DNA of 62,198 nt, filler included, from Rhabdomonas costata (GCA_019059605.1; 26 parts of 26 records of this genome joined end to end with filler, not necessarily neighbours in it); one strand, 5' to 3'. Counted from the whole stretch's first letter, positions 1 to 11,980 are shown. Numbers and translations are program-made. Notes: generated from the letters alone by a model not told the origin.

Positions 1-470
1 GGGGTGTTGGTGGTCACACCCTCCCACCCGCCACAGACCATCGCTGTCCCACTCATTCCCCCTCACAACAGCCACTTTTCTGTTACCTTCGGGTTTCCCT
101 TCCGTTTCCCGTGGAGGTGTTTTCTGTGCTTTTTACTTGAGCTAGCGGGGAGAAACCTTCCGAAGAAAACTGAATTTTCCATCACAATGACAAAAACGTG
201 TGAGAGTAACAGGAATTGGTTTGAGTGGGCTTTCATGAGCATCACCTTTTGGGGATCTGTCTTAGACGCCTCGGGGTTAGGAGGTTGTAGGCACACTTAC
301 AAGTAGCACGGGGAGTCTGCAACGATGGAGAGTGGCCCCTAAGGCTTTGTGTCATTCCACACACTACAGTCTATTTCCTGAATTCCAGGAAGGGTGGCAG
401 GGAGCTCGGGTAAACCTCCAGAAACCAACGCAGAGCAAACAAGAGGTTTTCAGACGGTCAGAGGATGCAC

Positions 471-2145
471 CTTGGGCGCCGAGACGTGCTCGAACTTGCC
501 CAGGTCACCATGAAAGGCCCAGTCGTAGTCGGGGTCTGGCGAGTCAAAGAAGGAGGCACTCTGGCCGCTGCCCTTGTTCACCTGGTGCGGCTTGCCGTCC
601 AGCAGGAAGTCCATCTTCCCCTCGCCGTTCCAGCCCCCGGGCCGCGTAGTGCTACCCGTCCAGCGGTACCACTGCCCACTCTCAAGCTTTGTCACCCGCT
701 TGGGAGCATCCTCCTGCAAATGAGAGGCGACGCACTCGCTTGTGTGTGTCCGTGGGTGGGTGTGCGTGTGCGTTTGCGCCCAAGTATGGACAGGAAAACA
801 GTTCGTTTGCACTCACCATACTCCCTAATTGCCTTTTCTCGCACATTAGCATTAGCACATTAGGCTGTGCGAAGCGCAAATTACAACCGTTACTTCACCT
901 CGCGCAAACACAGTGACGTTAAACCTTCGCCGCCGATTCTGGTGCAGAAGCTTGGACAAACTTGTCCATCACATGACCGAAGTACCATTTCGAGTCCGGC
1001 TTCGGGGAGTCGAAGAAGGACGCGTTCTGGCCACTGCTCTCCTTCACCTGGTGGGGCTTGCCGTCCAGCACAAAGTCCATCCCTTCATTGTTCCAGTTCC
1101 CGGGCCGTTCTGGGCCTCCCGTCCAGCGGTACCACTGCCCACTCTCAAGCTTTGTCACCGGCTTGGGAGCATCCTCCTGCAAACCAGAGGCAAGCCACGT
1201 CCTCTCAAAGATATACACTTCTTTTGACAACACCCTTGACCGAGATAAACTGAGCAGGGGTTCCCAAGCCCTATCCCCCATCCACAGGCACAGATAGCCT
1301 GTTGGAATCGTTGTAACGTTTTTTTTCTTTTCGAATTCCTATAATTGGCGCAGCGGCAGTTGGGAGGCCGGCGAGTGGAGAGGTCTAGTATTTATGTTAA
1401 TCACCACCATTCCCCCACTCCCAAGTGTCATAGCACCCTGCAAAGCACAGACTAGGCACCTCCAAACACCAGCCATTCTCTTGTTACTCCACCGCCATCT
1501 TCTGGGGTATCTCTTAGAGTAGAGCGCTCAGGGGTGCAATCTTACGTTGGAATGGGGAGAAATGGTCAAGGCATGGCAAGGTATGGTTGGACTTGCTTAA
1601 CGTCACACCTTTGGTCTCACAAGCCCTGCCGCAATCGCCATTCTTAAAGTGATGCGTGGAACACATCGCAGCATGAAAAGGGAAACAAAGCTCAACACAA
1701 ACTCTCCGACGGAAATGGAGGCATCCTGGCTCAGCATTAGATGTGGAAGCCTTTGGTCAACAAAAAGTCTTACGTAGGCGACACGCAGTGGTGTAGTGGC
1801 GTAGCGGAGCAGTGGTATCTTAAACCAAAAACCTGAAACAAGGCTTTCCGGTAAGCGCACTGTCCGAAAAAAGTGAAAACCCTAGACAACAACAACAACC
1901 TGAACGGGAGTGCCATCGTCCAGCTCAACGTCCCTCCAGTGCACCCAATACGCCTTCCCGAGCTTTTCCCACTGCACGTGGCATGGCGGCTGAAAGCTGT
2001 TTGTCCCGAGGTAGGTCCCGCGGTCCCCCTTGCGGTCGCCAGACACCGCTACAAGCTTCGTGCCGGTCTTCAGTACAGCCTTGAGGTAGGCCTCGTACTC
2101 TTTCTCCGAGGGGAAATCCTTCAGCGTCTTACGGGACACCGAAGC
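471..2145 (-). CDS. Partial multi-exon gene: CPH (Cul7/PARC/HERC2) domain followed by two ~80-aa repeats
   Basis: Three phase-0 exons with canonical AG/GT ends: 2145-1900, 1176-925 and 713-471. Exon 1 (KDFPSEKEYEAYLKAVLKTGTKLVAV..GDRGTYLGTNSFQPPCHVQWEKLGKAYWVHWRDVEL) matches the CPH pattern seen in CUL7 (..PPVQVFW...YWVHW..E). Exons 2 and 3 are paralogous (EDAPKxVTKLESGQWYRWTG..RPGxWN.EG.MDF.LDGKPHQV). Confidence 0.8.
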
Positions 2146-2296
2146 CTGTGGCCATCATTCCAAACTTGTGATTGAGAGATCTTGCCACTCATCTAGCCAC
2201 TGAAAGCCGCGGAAAGGGAATGATCCTGAATGACTTGAGCTCTCGGATGCAGTTGAACCCTGACAACATATGCCGTATTACAGACTCCCCCCACCC

Positions 2297-2396
2297 NNNN
2301 NNNNNNNNNNNNNNNNNNNNNNNNNNNNNNNNNNNNNNNNTTAATTAATTAANNNNNNNNNNNNNNNNNNNNNNNNNNNNNNNNNNNNNNNNNNNN
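2297..2396. other. Artificial contig spacer N44-TTAATTAATTAA-N44 (first of 25)
   Basis: Identical 100-nt spacer with stops in all six frames. TTAATTAATTAA starts at 2341, 4738, 7135, 9528, 11925, 14325, 16721, 19144, 21541, 23937, 26332, 28727, 31122, 33518, 35913, 38308, 40702, 43095, 45488, 47882, 50276, 52672, 55063, 57457 and 59850. Contigs are all about 2.29-2.32 kb, so neighbouring contigs are not biologically adjacent. Confidence 0.98.
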
Positions 2397-3655
2397 GTTG
2401 GGTGGGAGACCTGGGCCGGTGCTCCCTCGCAGAGACAGCGTGCGGATATTCCAGAGAAGCTTCCTCCAGACCCCCCGCGGGTTGCCAAACCGGCCCAGGT
2501 CTCCCCCTCAACCTCTCTCTCTTCCTTTGCACCCGTCTATGTTGTCACTGTATGATTTTTCTATTGCGAGCGGGAGCAGAGACAACCTTGGCGGGATCCT
2601 CAACTTTTTTGTTCTTCCGGGTGCCGTTCGTTCTGAACAATCTCGCAGACTAAGGGCCAGAGTGCGACGCCGCAAAACGAGTTTTCAAAAAAGAAGCCCT
2701 CCGATTTTCTTTCGAGAGTTGAAATCAACCTTCAACCCCATCATTGTCCTTCTCGATTCTCGGTTGGAATTTAACCATTCCCCTTTTCCAACTCTCTTGT
2801 TTGGGTCCCATCCTCTATCCTCGCCCATTTTTGCTGGGATTGCACTTTCTTTCTTCGCCGGAATGATGCGAACATTTCAACCCGTGTGAACCACTGATGA
2901 ACGAAAACTTACCACCTGATGTCGCTGTGGATGCCTTCTTCATTTTTTTCAGCCCTTTTCTATGGGCCCTTTTCTTTTGTTTCATGCGTGGGTGAGTTTG
3001 CGCTTCGCGCTGCGCTTAAAAGTCTTTAGTCTTCAAGTAATTGTCATTTTTATATGTCAGGAGAGCTAAACCCGCTGTCCTTTCTATTTTTTTCCGGTGA
3101 TTTGGCAATTGCCAGTGCCCCCAACAGTTCCTGTCTTCACCTATTTTCCGGAGCTGTGCTCGTTCTTCTTTTGCAGCCCCCAACCCCGAACCTGCTCAAC
3201 ACAAGGGTTGTCCCGGCTCCCAAGGACCAGCCCCTGGGCTTGGAAGTGGACAAGTTCGTCCCCAAGGCCCCAGGTCGCATGTGCGTCGGGATAGGAGTGG
3301 GGGGCGGTGTTTTGAAGATGTGGGATCAGGATGTGGGTCCCTCGATTTGCAGATGATTCCAAGCTTATCGAGGAAGTTCTGGCCGACCATGACGGGATGT
3401 GTCAGATGCTCTCACAGCGGGTGACCAACCTGAAGGTTGTGAAGTCTCTCTGGCAGAACGACCGCCGGGTGTGCGTGTGCCCCCACCCCCCATCACTCCC
3501 GGGACGAAGGGTGAGGGGGCCTGCCATTGGAAAGTGGAGGGTGCCGGAGAAGTGTGCACACTGCAAGCCAGACGAGTTTCCTTTCTCTTCAGGGTGCCAT
3601 TGCCCACGTCCAAAATCTCAGAGATACTGCTGTCTCCGTGGATTTCCTGAAGCAA
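2397..3655 (+). CDS. KATNB1: Katanin p80 subunit, C-terminal region (partial, spliced)
   Basis: In-phase GT-AG exons 3177-3273 (VVPAPKDQPLGLEVDKFVPKAP), 3353-3468 (DDSKLIEEVLADHDGMCQMLSQRVTNLKVVKSLWQ) and 3593-~3655 (GAIAHVQNLRDTAVSVDFL) match the conserved katanin p80 C-terminal domain. A probable upstream exon lies at ~2397-2498. Confidence 0.85.
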
Positions 3656-4283
3656 GTCGTGGTAATTGCGCACTTTGTCCATGTGTATGCCCTTATCCAT
3701 GTGCTTTTGTTTCCTTTTTTTTCTTTCTTCAGTTCGTAAAACACCCCTTAACATATGCCACGCCCTCGAACAAATCACCTTTAACGCCCCTTTGGTTTTT
3801 CGCCTTTACCCGTTCTACCACCTTTTTCATCCATTTGGCAGTGCGACCTGATGAGTGCCAGTCCTCCTTCTGATCACAATTAGGCAGATCGCCCACTGAC
3901 TTTCTTTTCTCGCTTTTGCCTGTCCTCGGCTTTTTGCCTTCTATCATTCCTTGGAGAACCCCATGGTCTCAAAAGAAAATAGCTTTCGGGGTGTGGCCTT
4001 CGAAGATCGATCCCGTGGTGGAGATGGGTGGCGCACGTCTTTCTTTTTTGTTTTGCTTAAGTCAGCAAATGGATTGCTTTCTGATTACCCTCCTCCTTCA
4101 ACCGTTTCCGAGCAATGCGAAAAAGCATGATGAGCTCATCTCCAGTCCTCCTTCTGAAACGATGAAGAGCGCGGCGATTCTGGTTATCCGCCATTAAAGG
4201 ACTTGCGTTGATGCCCATGCCGGCGACGATAATTCGTTCAAGTCTATCTCGGAATGGCCGACCTGTAGGATGGAATAATGTAA

Positions 4284-4693
4284 GGCGTTACTTTACTATT
4301 GTGCCCAAGATTGTATCTCTTTTCTTTCTTTGTTTTCTTTTTGACATGTTGACGCTGGGAATGATTCTAAGCGACGAAAATGGATGCAGAAGTATGGGAT
4401 TCATCCTGGCTGTGATGGGTGCCCCTCTTGTGGAGCTGTTTTGAAGGCTGACAACTCTAGGGGCAAGGCTGGTTTTCGGTGCTCTGGCAATAACTGTCGA
4501 AGGAGGGTGTCTGCGGTTTCTGGTGGTCTCCTGGAGGGCTCAAATCTTTCGGAGAAAGATTTCCTGATCTTGGCTTACTTCTGGGCGCACGATTGCGGTG
4601 TTTACGTGCTCAAGAGATGCTGGGTCACTCCTCTGCAACTGTGGCTTCTTGGTCCTCCAGGTTCAGGCAGTGTGTCCTTAACCAACAGGATGC
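4284..4693 (+). mobile_element. Merlin/IS1595-like DNA transposon, 5' part, frameshifted transposase
   Basis: MLTLGMILSDENGCR is followed, after a frameshift, by CPSCG..FRCSGNNCRRRVSAVSGGLLEGSNLSEKDFLILAYFWAH. This is the zinc-ribbon and helical N-terminus typical of ISXO2/Merlin transposases. The contig ends before the DDE core. A GG-starting candidate TIR lies at ~4284 and is unverified. Confidence 0.6.
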
Positions 4694-4861
4694 NNNNNNN
4701 NNNNNNNNNNNNNNNNNNNNNNNNNNNNNNNNNNNNNTTAATTAATTAANNNNNNNNNNNNNNNNNNNNNNNNNNNNNNNNNNNNNNNNNNNNTGTTGGT
4801 GTTATTAGCACAGATAACGGCTGCCACTCACCCACGCAACTAACCCCCCACACACACACAC

Positions 4862-7090
4862 CTGACACCAGGAAGTGGACAGGTAACCCGAGCACAGCAA
4901 CAGGGGATCGTGAACTTGGCATAGAAGCTTGTTCGTCAGCTTGGAAGAGGTGAACTCGGACTCGTGCAAGGGGTAGAAGTTGATCGGAGTGTACCCCGCG
5001 AAGTGCCCCCCTTCGTTCTCCTCGTGCACCGCCTGAGATAGACAGTGAATGAGTGAATGGAGCTAAGACTCACCGATCCTTCATGCCAACATTTTACACC
5101 ACAAACGAGCATTTGCCCCCCACCCCCAAAGAAACGCCATCTGTCGTTGGTCGTTGGCCACTCAGGCATGGAAAAGCCGCGAAGCTAGAAAGGCCCCACA
5201 CAGAGCCAAAACGGCCGCTTCATATGCCAGACCAAAGCGTATGTATTCAGCCAGAGGCTGGAATGCCGACAGTAAACTCAACTGGGGTACTACCATCCCG
5301 CCAGGTATGGGCCCCAATCGGGCTGCATAGCTCATGTTATGCTATCTCTACCGGGTTCTCCCGTCCGGTTCAACTGGATCGAACTGAGCAACTGGGTCAG
5401 GTCCTTCATTGCGCTTAAAGCTCAAATAATGGGCTGGTGCGGATGAACCAAAAAAACCTTGAGCGACCTAAATTGGCGTTTGACCGAACAAGCCGAGCGC
5501 ATGCAAAGGGTTTACACCTGCAAGAAGTCCAACAGGGCGGCGTAGTTGCAGTTCACGCTGTGGAGGGTGCGCAGGAGATTCAGCAGGGCCTTGGTGCCGG
5601 GGTTCAGGAAGGAGCACTTCCCGAGCTCCTTGAAGGCTCCCACCGAGGTGTCGTCCATAGCTGCCTCAATAGCGACCACTCCCTCCGTGAGCAACCCACA
5701 GTAGAGCTCCTGGGAGACCCACCCGGACACCCATCAATGCCTGTCTTCACTTCTCGGCAACAGCTGTCCATGGAACACGGAAGAAAAAACCTATCAAAGG
5801 AAACGCGGCTGACCCACCCATGGACGGGAAAATAGGTTGCTCCCAACCTTGGAGAGGATTGCAGGATTGGAGAGGCAGCAAGAGTGAACCTCAGTCATCA
5901 TCAGAATCGTGAAGACTGGAGGGCGGGAAAAATCCAGAAGAAGCCATTCATTTTCACTCACTCTTCGCCTTCCAAAACTCGCTCTTCTCCTGGATGCTCT
6001 TGCTTCTGTCAATATATTTTACTTGATCAAAGAAAGAGAGATTTGGGGAAGAGGGCAGCGCCTTGGATTCCTCAACGGCCTCTTTGCTGGATAAGTTGCT
6101 CGGGTTGGAGGAGAGCCCTGGAGCATCTGGAGTGGTCGCAGACACTGTGGTTCCAGAGCTGGAGGGATCGACGGCCGGGGGGCTCGTTGTAGTGTCGCCG
6201 CACGGGGTCGCCGCGGAGTGGTAGGTCAGGGTATGCGCCATCTCCCACATACGGCGAGAGGTGAGGTGGGCGGGCCACTCCGCCGAGTGTTCTGAGACAG
6301 GTCTCCAGCTGCCGTACTTGTGGATGCACTGAGAAGGAAACAGGCACAATCGCGATCCTAACCCAGCACACGCCTGAAACCCTCCTGGCTTGGAGGGACG
6401 CAGCACGCATGCGCATATCATTCCTCCAAACCTCCCAGATAAGCACACTGTCACACGTAGAATAGAGACGCAGGCAGGAGAGCAGTGCTACCATTTTGGC
6501 AAATCACTTCAGTCATCCCACACAACCACGGACCCATTGAGGTGCGGGCGAGTGCGCGCCTCACCATGCCTAAGCAAAGGATGTTTTGCGGGAAGAGGAA
6601 AGAGGGAACAGAGGACGCAAAACGACGGCGGTGGCGGGGGACCTGAAAGATGGTCATGGAAGGCTGCAGCAGGTGAGTCCCCAAGCAGAGCTCCTGCGGA
6701 GACGAGAAAGGACCTGTAGCATGTAGGCCCGACAAGGTCATCCGCCTCCATTGCCTCCATTGCCATAGGATGCAAAGCAACCTATCACCGCTTTTGGGGC
6801 ACAAAACATCGAAAGCGCTTAGCCAATCTCTGAATTGCCGCATTATGTGGCCTTCTGCTTCCCCAAATCCGACCCTTAATCTTTTGTGCGTACCAGTCTG
6901 GTCTGTTCCACTGGCTTCCCATCCTTGGTCGCTGCCTTTCCCTTCGGGTCCTTCTCCTTGCCCTTCTCCTTGTCCCTGTCCTTGCTCCGATCTTTGTCCT
7001 TGTCCTTGTCCTTCTCGCCCTCCCGGTCCCTGTCCTCCCGCTCTCTCTCCAGAGGGCTGCGGCCCATCCCGACCAACCACACCCACCACA
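4862..7090 (-). CDS. TRIP12: HECT E3 ubiquitin ligase, TRIP12/UFD4/UPL3 type (partial, spliced)
   Basis: Phase-consistent GT-AG exons give TRL|ELCLGTHLLQPSMTIFQ|CIHKYG..RRMWEMAHTLTY..|..|ELYCGLL..ALLNLLRTLH..|..EFTSSKLTNKLLCQVHDPLLLCSGYLSTSWCQ. These match the TRIP12/UPL3 motifs upstream of the HECT domain (HLLPYNMTVYQ; EFxNSKLTxK..QxQDPL). Confidence 0.85.
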
Positions 7091-7558
7091 NNNNNNNNNN
7101 NNNNNNNNNNNNNNNNNNNNNNNNNNNNNNNNNNTTAATTAATTAANNNNNNNNNNNNNNNNNNNNNNNNNNNNNNNNNNNNNNNNNNNNGTGGGTGGTG
7201 CGCTGGTCCCGGTCAAATAAACGCAGTGGTGGTGGTGCCGGAATCTTGTGGTGGCAAGGGGTTTGCGCGTTGAGCACCCTGTGGCAATCATCGATGCATA
7301 CCTTGTGCCTGGTATCAGGCACATATACCAGGAAGTTCACCAGCCCTCCTCAGCCAGCGGCGATGTGCTCAACACAACCGCAGACGCAAAGAAGAGAATC
7401 TGTTCAATGCACCGCTGGAAGGTGAATAGAAGATTATGTGCTTTTGCAACTTGCCCTCCATGGTGGTGGCGGGGTATCCGAACCGTGACTCGATGTGTGG
7501 GGGTCTGTTTCGATACCATTGCTGGTGATCAAACCGCGGTTGTCCTGTACTTTTGCAG

Positions 7559-8439
7559 GAAGTTAAGTTCAATCAGGCGCACCGAGCAGAGATTCGCCGC
7601 TTCTGCTTCGACAAGGACTACGTCTGCCTGCTCACAGCTTCGATGGATCAATCAGGTGCACCCTTGGAAATAGCACCCCAACCTCCGCAGATGGGGTTCC
7701 CCGTCAGTCGCTTTGAAAATGACTTTGCCCATCTGCTGTGGAGGACCCACAATGTATTTACACACCTACCCGAACGGGGGCGCCTAACTTTTCGTTCGAT
7801 GGTTGCGTTCTGAGGAGTTCCTTCACTCCCACTTTGTGTGTGGTTCTTGTGCCTGCCAAGTTGGGTTCCCCTTGGAAAGGCGGGAATCATTCACTCATGC
7901 ACGCATTTTTGCCCTGTCGCTAGGGAAGCTGCTGGACGCCCGGGACCTGCGGATTCTGAAAACCTATGAGACGGACAAGCCGTGTAACGACTGCGCCATC
8001 TCACCGCTGACGAACCAAATCATCCTTGGTGCCTCCTCGTCCCCTTCCCCGCCCCCACCCACTTCCGTGCACCGAAGAGAAAGGGTGCTAACCAAAGATC
8101 CTGAAAAGTGGCTAGAAGTCGTGGAGTCGCTTTTTTCCTGCTGTGACCTTTTTCTGCACGTTTTTCCAAGTACCCATGTTGTTTCTGCACTTGTGCAGGG
8201 GGGAGGGGGGGGCTCACGCCCCAGAATTCGTGTCCCGTAAGGCCTGTGCGACCTTGCGGCCCGAGGGGAATTATTCCGCACTTCCGTTGTGCCGTATTTC
8301 CGTGGTTGGTTTATGAGGTTCTGGGTTTGCACAGGTGGTGGGCAGGAGGCCCAGATGGTGACAGTCTCAACCACCAGGAACAAGTTTGAGACGAGGTTCT
8401 TCCACAAGGTCTACGGGGAGGAGCTCGGAAGCGTCTCAG
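7559..8439 (+). CDS. EIF3I: Translation initiation factor eIF3 subunit I (WD40), partial
   Basis: Exons 7559-7655, 7924-8027 and ~8335-8439 give HRAEIRRFCFDKDYVCLLTASMDQS|GKLLD..LKTYETDKPCNDCAISP..IILG|GGQEAQMVTVSTTRNKFETRFFHKVYGEELGSVSG. The GGGQEA..VT...KFE.RFFH...EE.G motif is diagnostic. Confidence 0.93.
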
Positions 8440-8968
8440 GTCTCCTTTGGATGGCCACCATGTTTTTGAATAACTCTCGGTACTTTGGTGCATGGGTCCC
8501 AATCCCGCGGTTTTCCGGGCCCAGTGTTATTAGTAGTGTTTCATTTTACTGTCGGACCTTTCACGGGAAGAAATGCTGTGACATTTCATGCCGCTGCTTT
8601 GATTATCATCAAACAGGGAGACGCTGTGGCTTCTTCCATTCATCAAAGTTAGGGGTTAAAGTCCTTCAAGCCTGCGTAAAGGTATTAATAATGGGTCAGA
8701 TTAATCATCGATCAATTCCAGATTTTTTTTCGTGAAAAATAATGGATCATAAAAACGGATCAAGGGTGACCACCTGCTGACCAGAAGAAGAAGAAGAATA
8801 AAATCCCCTTCGTCTCTAAGGGAGATGCGAAATGATGGATCATCAAAATGGATCTTTTGTTTTTGCACTGGCTTTACATCGGGCTTGGGCTGTGACAAGA
8901 GAAAGAACTGTAGGCTGGCACCCCGTTGGACCACGCGCACACGGGTGTGCCAGCAACGATATTTATCC

Positions 8969-9176
8969 GGCATACCTTCAGCAGTGTACCCTTTTTTAGG
9001 GGACACGTGCATCGCCTCCTAACCCCATGCGAGATGAAATATCCTGATCTGGGGATATAACCCCTTAACCACTCTCGGAGCTTTGCTTCGTCACTGCAGA
9101 GCTCCAGGACATCATAAAGTGTCAACATGAGCAATGAAAGGAGCCTTAAAAAAAGGTACACTGCTGAAGGAGTGCC
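8969..9176. mobile_element. MITE-like element with ~32-bp terminal inverted repeats
   Basis: Left end GGCATACCTTCAGCAGTGTACCCTTTTTTAGG (8969-9000) versus the reverse complement of 9144-9176, GGCACTCCTTCAGCAGTGTACCTTTTTTTAAGG. The internal minus-strand remnant MLTLYDVLELCSDEAKLREWL resembles a transposase N-terminus. Confidence 0.7.
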
Positions 9177-9661
9177 ATATGTCATTGTCTTGGAGAAATG
9201 ACACTTGGGGGGGGGTGCCCGTATATTGGGGTATTATAGCCAAAATACTATCTTGAAATTATACTATAATACCATTATATAGTATGATGATATTATAGTA
9301 TCACGGCTATAATGGGTATTATAGGCATTTTGCACGGCGAACAAAAAAGCGTAGGTAAATCCCGTGAATACCTAGGATCCCAAGACATCCTGGAAAAGCC
9401 TCAGAAAACTTGTGCATCGCCTCCTTACCCCCTGCAAAAGCTTCCATTAGAATCCCATGGGGCACGTGCATCGCCACCCACCCNNNNNNNNNNNNNNNNN
9501 NNNNNNNNNNNNNNNNNNNNNNNNNNNTTAATTAATTAANNNNNNNNNNNNNNNNNNNNNNNNNNNNNNNNNNNNNNNNNNNNTGTTGGTGTGTTTGGGG
9601 TGGGTGGTAATTCTTTGAGGTTGAAGTTGAGGTGAGGGGGGTACAATAGGCTGTGGTTCAG

Positions 9662-11831
9662 ACTCTCCCTGTGGTGCTGCCGTGTGTGACGTACGGCCAT
9701 CTGTACCCCGCCGTGGTTGGCGTGTTTGTGCATTTGCTGATGGACAAGCACCCCTCCGTGGTGAAGGTCGCCCTGCAGTACTTCTTCCCCAAGCTGCTCG
9801 CCTGGGCCGAGTCTCAAGTGTGTGCACAATTGCCACAAGGTTTCCAAAACAATGCGGAGCAATGAAAAGGAAGGGCGCCAAGGACACGATGCTTTCTTGC
9901 GCTTGAGTGCCAGCGGAGAGAGCGATTTTTGTTTGGGGGGTGAAAGCTAAACGATTTAAACTTAAAGCGGTGGCGCTGGGAAGGTTCTCTCTGACGTTTT
10001 ACCCGTCCCCAAGGCGTTTCGGGTGTCTCTCACAGCCGTTTTTTATCTTCACATTCTTAAGCAATACACACGCACCCCTCCCGCCCTCCACACGTAATGT
10101 GCCTGATCGAAACCCTGTGAGCACTGCCCCCCTCGGCCGTGCGCCGCACATCCGTGCCCGTTCTTGGTTGCCCATTCTTTGAACTCGGGCAAAACGGAAG
10201 TTTTCGGAGAAATTTGTGAGTTATTTCGGCAGGAGGAGAAGCTGTGCATTGGAGACTTTTCCGTTCGCCGCTGCTCACCGCGCCAGAATTATGGAGAAGA
10301 TGATCTCCATCAAGAGCCGCTGTTTCTGTGGGTCTGGTATTTTTCCTTGACGGGATAAGCTAGGATATTGGGCCCCTTTCCTCCAGGGCATTCTGTACAC
10401 GCAAGTTTTGCACAGCCTGTTTACGGTGCTGCTGGAGCTTTTGGACAGCACCCCCTTTGAGAGCCTTCGACTGCAACTTCTTCTGGAGTGCCTAAGGTAC
10501 ACCACACACGCCACACACACTCGAGCATCCATCAGCACTTGCCGTGTTCGGAGACGCAGGGGGAAAGCTTTGTAGTCTCGTCAAGACGTCGGTTTGGTCT
10601 TCTGTGGAACATCTTCGACTTCTACTACTACTACTTCTGCTTCTTCGCGGAAGTGACTTTTTTCTACGGGATGCTGCCAGACTCTTTCTTCCTGGTGGTA
10701 GGTGGTTAACTTAACCTTGATCTGGTTGTATTCCGTTGCAGCCATCTTCCATATTTGCGAGAGATTCTGTCTGTCTCCCTCGGTCTCGGTGTCGTCAGCA
10801 TGGCGATGCCTGTGGTGTTCCGCAACGCCACGGCGCACGTCCCTGCAGCAGTTCTGGCGCGGTTCCCAGTGCCTCCTGCCCCTCTGCCAGGGCCGCGCTC
10901 AGGACAGTCCCGACCGGCGGTGCAGGCTTCCCAAGGGTACAGTTAGTGCCGCCCTCCTGCTGCCATCGCTCGGCACCCTCACGTCGCAGCGACCATCCAG
11001 TTGAAGGAACATGCCTCTCTTTTGCCGTTATAATTTGATAAATAAAGAAAACATCTGTTAACAACCAAACCATGCACTTCCAAGTTGTTTTAGAAGATGG
11101 AAACTTGTAGAAAGACAATGGGACCAATGCGGTCCGTTTTCCCCTGCTGTTTCGGCTGTAAACGGTCCGTCCTTAGGGGTGCGGGTCCTGGGGTTGCGAT
11201 CCTGGACGCCTTCCTGGAGCAGATCACAAGCTTGTCTCGCTCCGGCACCTCCTCATCCTCGTCCTCGTCAGCTTCCTCCCTCGATCCCTCTCTCCAATGG
11301 CCTGCAGTGCAGTGGTGCACGACTGAGCTGATTGACAGGTGCCCTTTGCCCTCTTTTGCAGCCTGATTGTGCCCCTTGAGCACTGGATAACTCACTAAGG
11401 CCATAATCGGCTCAGAAGGCAATCGATAATCTCTGACCTGATCGAATGCATGGATTTAGCTTCGCTGTCCATATTCAACGGGGTTTTCTGTTATTTAGGT
11501 AGATAGGGTAGATAGGGCGACAGATGCAGATCTCTCTTTCCTCACACAAATATACGTGTGAAAGTGCAGTTAAAACCGTGTGCTGCTCTTGGGGAAAGTT
11601 ATATATGAAAGGGAAATGTCCACGAGAACAGTGTTTTTTGTTTGCATGTGCATGACGCATGATGCATGATACATGATGACGGTATGATGACGGTGAATCG
11701 CATGCGTCCGTTGATGTTGCAGCTTGGTTCGAGCAGCCCTTGCCTTGCCCCCGTCGGACACGGCGCTTCAGGAGAAGATGGCCACCTTGCTGGCGCTTGT
11801 AATGCAGACCTTCGGTCCACTTTTCACCCAG
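9662..11831 (+). CDS. HEAT/ARM-repeat protein, possibly RELCH/KIAA1468-like (partial, spliced)
   Basis: Five phase-consistent GT-AG exons: 9662-9817, 10387-10496, 10799-10936, 11177-11338 and 11723-11831. The peptide is helical and HEAT-like (LLMDKHPSVVKVALQYFFPKLLAWA; WPAVQWCTTELID; LALVMQTFGPLFTQ). The family assignment is tentative. Confidence 0.6.
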
Positions 11832-11980
11832 GTGCCGCTCCCTTCCTTCTCGCGACACTTTTTCCACCCACCCCCCACCCNNNNNNNNNNNNNNNNNNNN
11901 NNNNNNNNNNNNNNNNNNNNNNNNTTAATTAATTAANNNNNNNNNNNNNNNNNNNNNNNNNNNNNNNNNNNNNNNNNNNN

